Assembly: GCA_030390025.1 (NCBI GenBank)
Contig: JASTWF010000034.1
Location: 3,534,001-3,598,000 of the forward strand
Reading direction: 5' to 3'
Source: Squalus acanthias
Taxonomy: Eukaryota
DNA: 64,000 nt
This document shows, in pieces, positions 60,350-64,000 of this stretch (position 1 is its first letter; each line of letters starts with the position of its first letter). The notes under the pieces were generated by a model that did not search any database, was not told the origin of the DNA, and saw only the letters and a program-made list of their open reading frames with translations. The translations under genes were made by a program, and so were the position numbers.

Positions 60350-63300
60350 CAAATGGAAAAGGACAAAGAAAGACCAGGTTTAAACGTTTTCGATTGGGGA
60401 AAGGCCAGATTTACTTAGCTGATATGTGGTTTATGAAAAGTGGACTGGAAACAGCTTCTTAATTGGAAATCAGTGCAAAGCCGTGGGAAGAGGAGATAGC
60501 GAGGGCTCAGAGCAAATATATTCCCAAAAAGATAAAGGATGGGACTTCCAAATCTAGAGCCCCCTGGATGTCAAGGGGAATAGAGGGTAGGATAAGGGGG
60601 GGAAAAGGGAAGCTTATGTCAGATACCGAGAGCTCAATACTACAGAAAGCCTAGAGGGGTATAGAAAGCGCAGGGGTGAAATTAAAAAGGAAATTAGGAA
60701 AGCAAAGAGATGGCATGAAAAAATATTGGCAAGTAAAATCAATGAAAACCCAAAGATGTTTTATACATACATCAAGAGCAAGAGGATAACTGAGGAAAGA
60801 GTATGGCCTATTATAGACCAAAAAGTTAATCTGTGTGTAGAGGCGGAAGATGTGGATATGGTTCTTAATAAATACTTTGTGTCTGTCTTCACAGAAGAGT
60901 GAGACGATGCAGACATTGTAGTTAAGGAGGAGGTGTGTGAAATATTAGATTAGACAAACATAGTGAGAGAGGAAACATTAAGGTGTTTAGCATTTTTGAA
61001 ATTAGCTAAATCACGAGGCTCGGATGAAATGTATCCCAGGTTTTTAAGGGAGGAAATAGCGGAGGCTCAGACCATCATTTTCCAATCCTCTCTGGCTACA
61101 GGCGTGATGCTAGAGGACTGGAGGACTGCTAACGTTGTACCATTGTTTAAAAAGGGAGAAAGGGATAGACCGAGTAATTACAGGACAGTCAGTCTAACCT
61201 TGGTGGTGGAAAAATATATTGAAAGATTCTGAGGGGCAGTATAAATCGGCATTGAGAAAGGCACAGATTAACGAATGAATATTTTGCATCAGTCTTTACA
61301 GTAGAGGACACTAAGAATATCCCAACACTGGACAAACAGGGGGCTATAGGGAGGGAGGAGCTAAACACGATCAAAATCACTAAGGAAGTGGTACTCGGTA
61401 AAATAATGGGACTCAAGGCGGATAAATCACCTGGACCTGATGGCTTTCATCCTAGGGTCTTGAGGGAAGTGGCGGTAGGGATTGTGGATGCATTCGTAAT
61501 CATTTTCCAAAACTCCCTGGACTCAGCAAAGATCCCGGCAGACTGGAAAACTGCTAATGTAACTCCCTTATTTAAAAAGGGCAGTGGACAGAAGGCTGGA
61601 AACTATCGACCGGTTAGCCGAATATCTGTGGAATGTAAAATTTTGGAGTTCATTATTAGGGAGACAGTAACGGGACATTTGGATAATCATAATTTAATAG
61701 GACAAAGTCAGCATGGTTTTATGAAGGGGAAGTCATGTTTGACAATTCTCCTGGAGTTATTTGAGGAAGTAACACACAGGGTGGATAAAGGGGAACCAGT
61801 GGATGTGGTGTATTTAGACCTCCAAAAGGCATTTGACAAGGTACCACACAAAAGATTATTGCTTAAGATAAAAAATCACGTGATTGGGGGTAATATTCTG
61901 GCATGGATAGAGGATTGGCTATCTAACAGAAGGCAGAGAGTTGGGATAAATGGTTCATTCTCAGACTGGCAATCAGTAACTTGTGGTGTTCCGCAGGGGT
62001 CATTGCTGGGTCCGCAACTCTTTACAATCCATATTAACGATTTGGAGGAGGGGACCGAGTGTAACATATCAAAGTTTGCAGATGATACTAAGATGGGAGG
62101 GAAAGTAGTGAGTGAGGAGGACATAAAAAAATCTGCAAGGGGACATAGACAGGCTAAGTAAGTGGGCAGAGATTTGGAAGATGGAATACAATACTGGAAA
62201 GTGTTAGGTTATGCACTTTGGCAGGAAAAATAGTAGAGCAAGTTATTATCTAAATGGCAAGAAACTGGAAAGTACTGAAGTACAAAGGGATCTGGGGGTC
62301 CTGGTGCACGAAACTCAAAAGGTTAGTATGCAGGTGCAGCAAGTGATTAAGAAGGCCAATGGAATGTTGGCTTTCATTGCTAAGGGGATAGAATATAAAA
62401 ATAGGGAGGTATTGGTTCAGTTGTACATGGTATTGGTGAGACCGCACCTGGAATACTGCGTACAGTTTTGGTGTCCATACTTAAGAAAAGACATACTTGC
62501 TCTCGAGTCAGTACAAAGAAGGTTCACTCGGGTAATCCCGGGGATGAGGGGTTGGACATATGAGGAGAGGTTGGGTAGATTGGGACTCCAGTCATTGGAG
62601 TTCAGAAGAATGAGAGGCGATCTTATTGAAACATATAAGATTGTGAAGGGGTTGGATTGGGTGGATGCGGGGAGGATGTTCAGAATGATGGGTGAAACTA
62701 GAACTAGGGGGCATAGTCTTAGAATAAGGGGCTGCTCTTTCAAAACTGAGATGAGAAGGAACTACTTCACTCAGAGGGTGGTAGGTCCATGGAATATGCT
62801 GCCCCAAAAAGCAGTAGAAGCTAAATCATTACATAAATTTAAAACAGAAATAGACAGTTTCCTAGAAGTAAAGGGAATTAAGGGTTACGGGGAGCGGGCA
62901 GGAATTTGGACATGAGTCTAGGTTTGGATCGGTCATGGCCCTGTGGATAGCGTAGCGGGCCAAGGGGCCATGTAGCCTGGTTCTGCTCCTATTTCTTGTG
63001 TCCAATTCTGTTTGGTTCAGGAGATGGTTCTGTGATAGTAGATTGGCGGTTAGGATCAGATCAGCCATGATCTTATTGAATGGCGGAGCAGGCTCGTGGG
63101 GCCAGTTGGCCTACTCCTGCTCCTATTTCTTATGTTCTTATGTTCTTATGACAGTCAGCATGGCAATGTTAAGGGAAGGTCGTGTCTAACTAAATTGATT
63201 TAATTTTTGAGGAGGTAATGAGGAGGGTCGATGAGGGGAGTGCATTTGAGAAAGTCCACGTAGATATTAGCAAGGCCTTTGACAAGTTCCCACATGACAG

Positions 63301-64000
63301 GTTGGTCATTGGATCCAAGGGAAAGTGGCAAATTGGATCCAAAATTGGCTCAGTGGCAGGAAGCAAAGGTCGTAATGGTCAACGGGTGTTTTCGTGAGTG
63401 GAAGGTTGTTTCCAGTGGGGTTCCACAGGGCTCAGTACTAGGCCTCCTGCTATTTGTGGTATACATCAATGATTTAGACTTCAATGTTGGGGACATAATG
63501 AAGAAGTTTGCACATGATACCAAAATTGGCTGTGTGGTTGATAGTGAGGAAGAAAGCTGTAGACTGCAAAAAGATATCACTGGACTGCTCAGGTGGGCAG
63601 AACAGTGGCAAATGGTTTCATTTCGGAGACGTGTGAGGTAATGCTTTTGTGGCGGGCTAAAAAGAAAAGGCAATACACAATAAATGGTAGGATACTGAGA
63701 AGTGCAGTGGAACAGAGGGACCTTGGAGTACATTTCCACATATCTCTAAAACTATCAAGACATGTAGATAGGGTAGTTAAAAAGGCATGTGGGATACATT
63801 GCTTTATTAGCCGAAGCATTGAATATAAAAACAGGGAGGTTATGCTAGAACTGTATAAAACACCAATTAGGCCACAGCTAGAATACTGCCGACTATTTTG
63901 GTCAAAACATTACAGGAAAGATGTGATTGCATTTGAGACATTATAGAGGAGATTTACGTGGATGTTGCCAAGACTGGAGAATAGCCTGGGGTTCTTTACT
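60350..64000 (+). mobile_element. Older CR1 (60350-61270 and 63150-64000) split by a younger 5'-truncated CR1 (61271-63149)
   Basis: The inner element has long open RT frames (257 and 234 aa) and a (TTCTTATG)n tail at ~63127-63150. The flanks are contiguous in the paralogous copy at ~17600-17620. Confidence 0.88.

Overview
This is eukaryotic, repeat-dense vertebrate DNA, most likely from a cartilaginous fish (inferred from the CR1/L2 LINEs, a Deu-domain SINE, Penelope remnants and the GPR139-like receptor type). It holds part of a cluster of two-exon GPR139-like class A GPCR genes. Gene A is on the minus strand: exon 1 at 19851-20115 and a phase-compatible exon 2 at 2916-3817 that carries two nonsense codons. 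Gene B is on the plus strand: exon 1 at 58893-59031, with exon 2 presumably beyond the window. The two genes sit head-to-head in inverted paralogous blocks (~16750-21200 vs ~57750-64000), each with a 51-bp tandem promoter repeat. Between and around them lie a decayed, 3'-truncated retrovirus-like provirus (823-bp LTR, tRNA-Leu PBS, gag-PR-RT-tether-RNase H-IN start), a Harbinger transposase pseudogene, many LINE/SINE fragments and five larger tandem arrays. The most striking observation is a ~12.7-kb satellite of 47-bp units that encodes the CR1 reverse-transcriptase motif 'WREVYSGVPQGSVLG' and is still flanked on both sides by colinear CR1 sequence, which suggests it amplified in situ. A CpG-rich array of YY1-type motifs sits just downstream of the GPCR stop codon. 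Most ORFs in the supplied track are repeat artefacts. Repeat boundaries were read by eye and are approximate.
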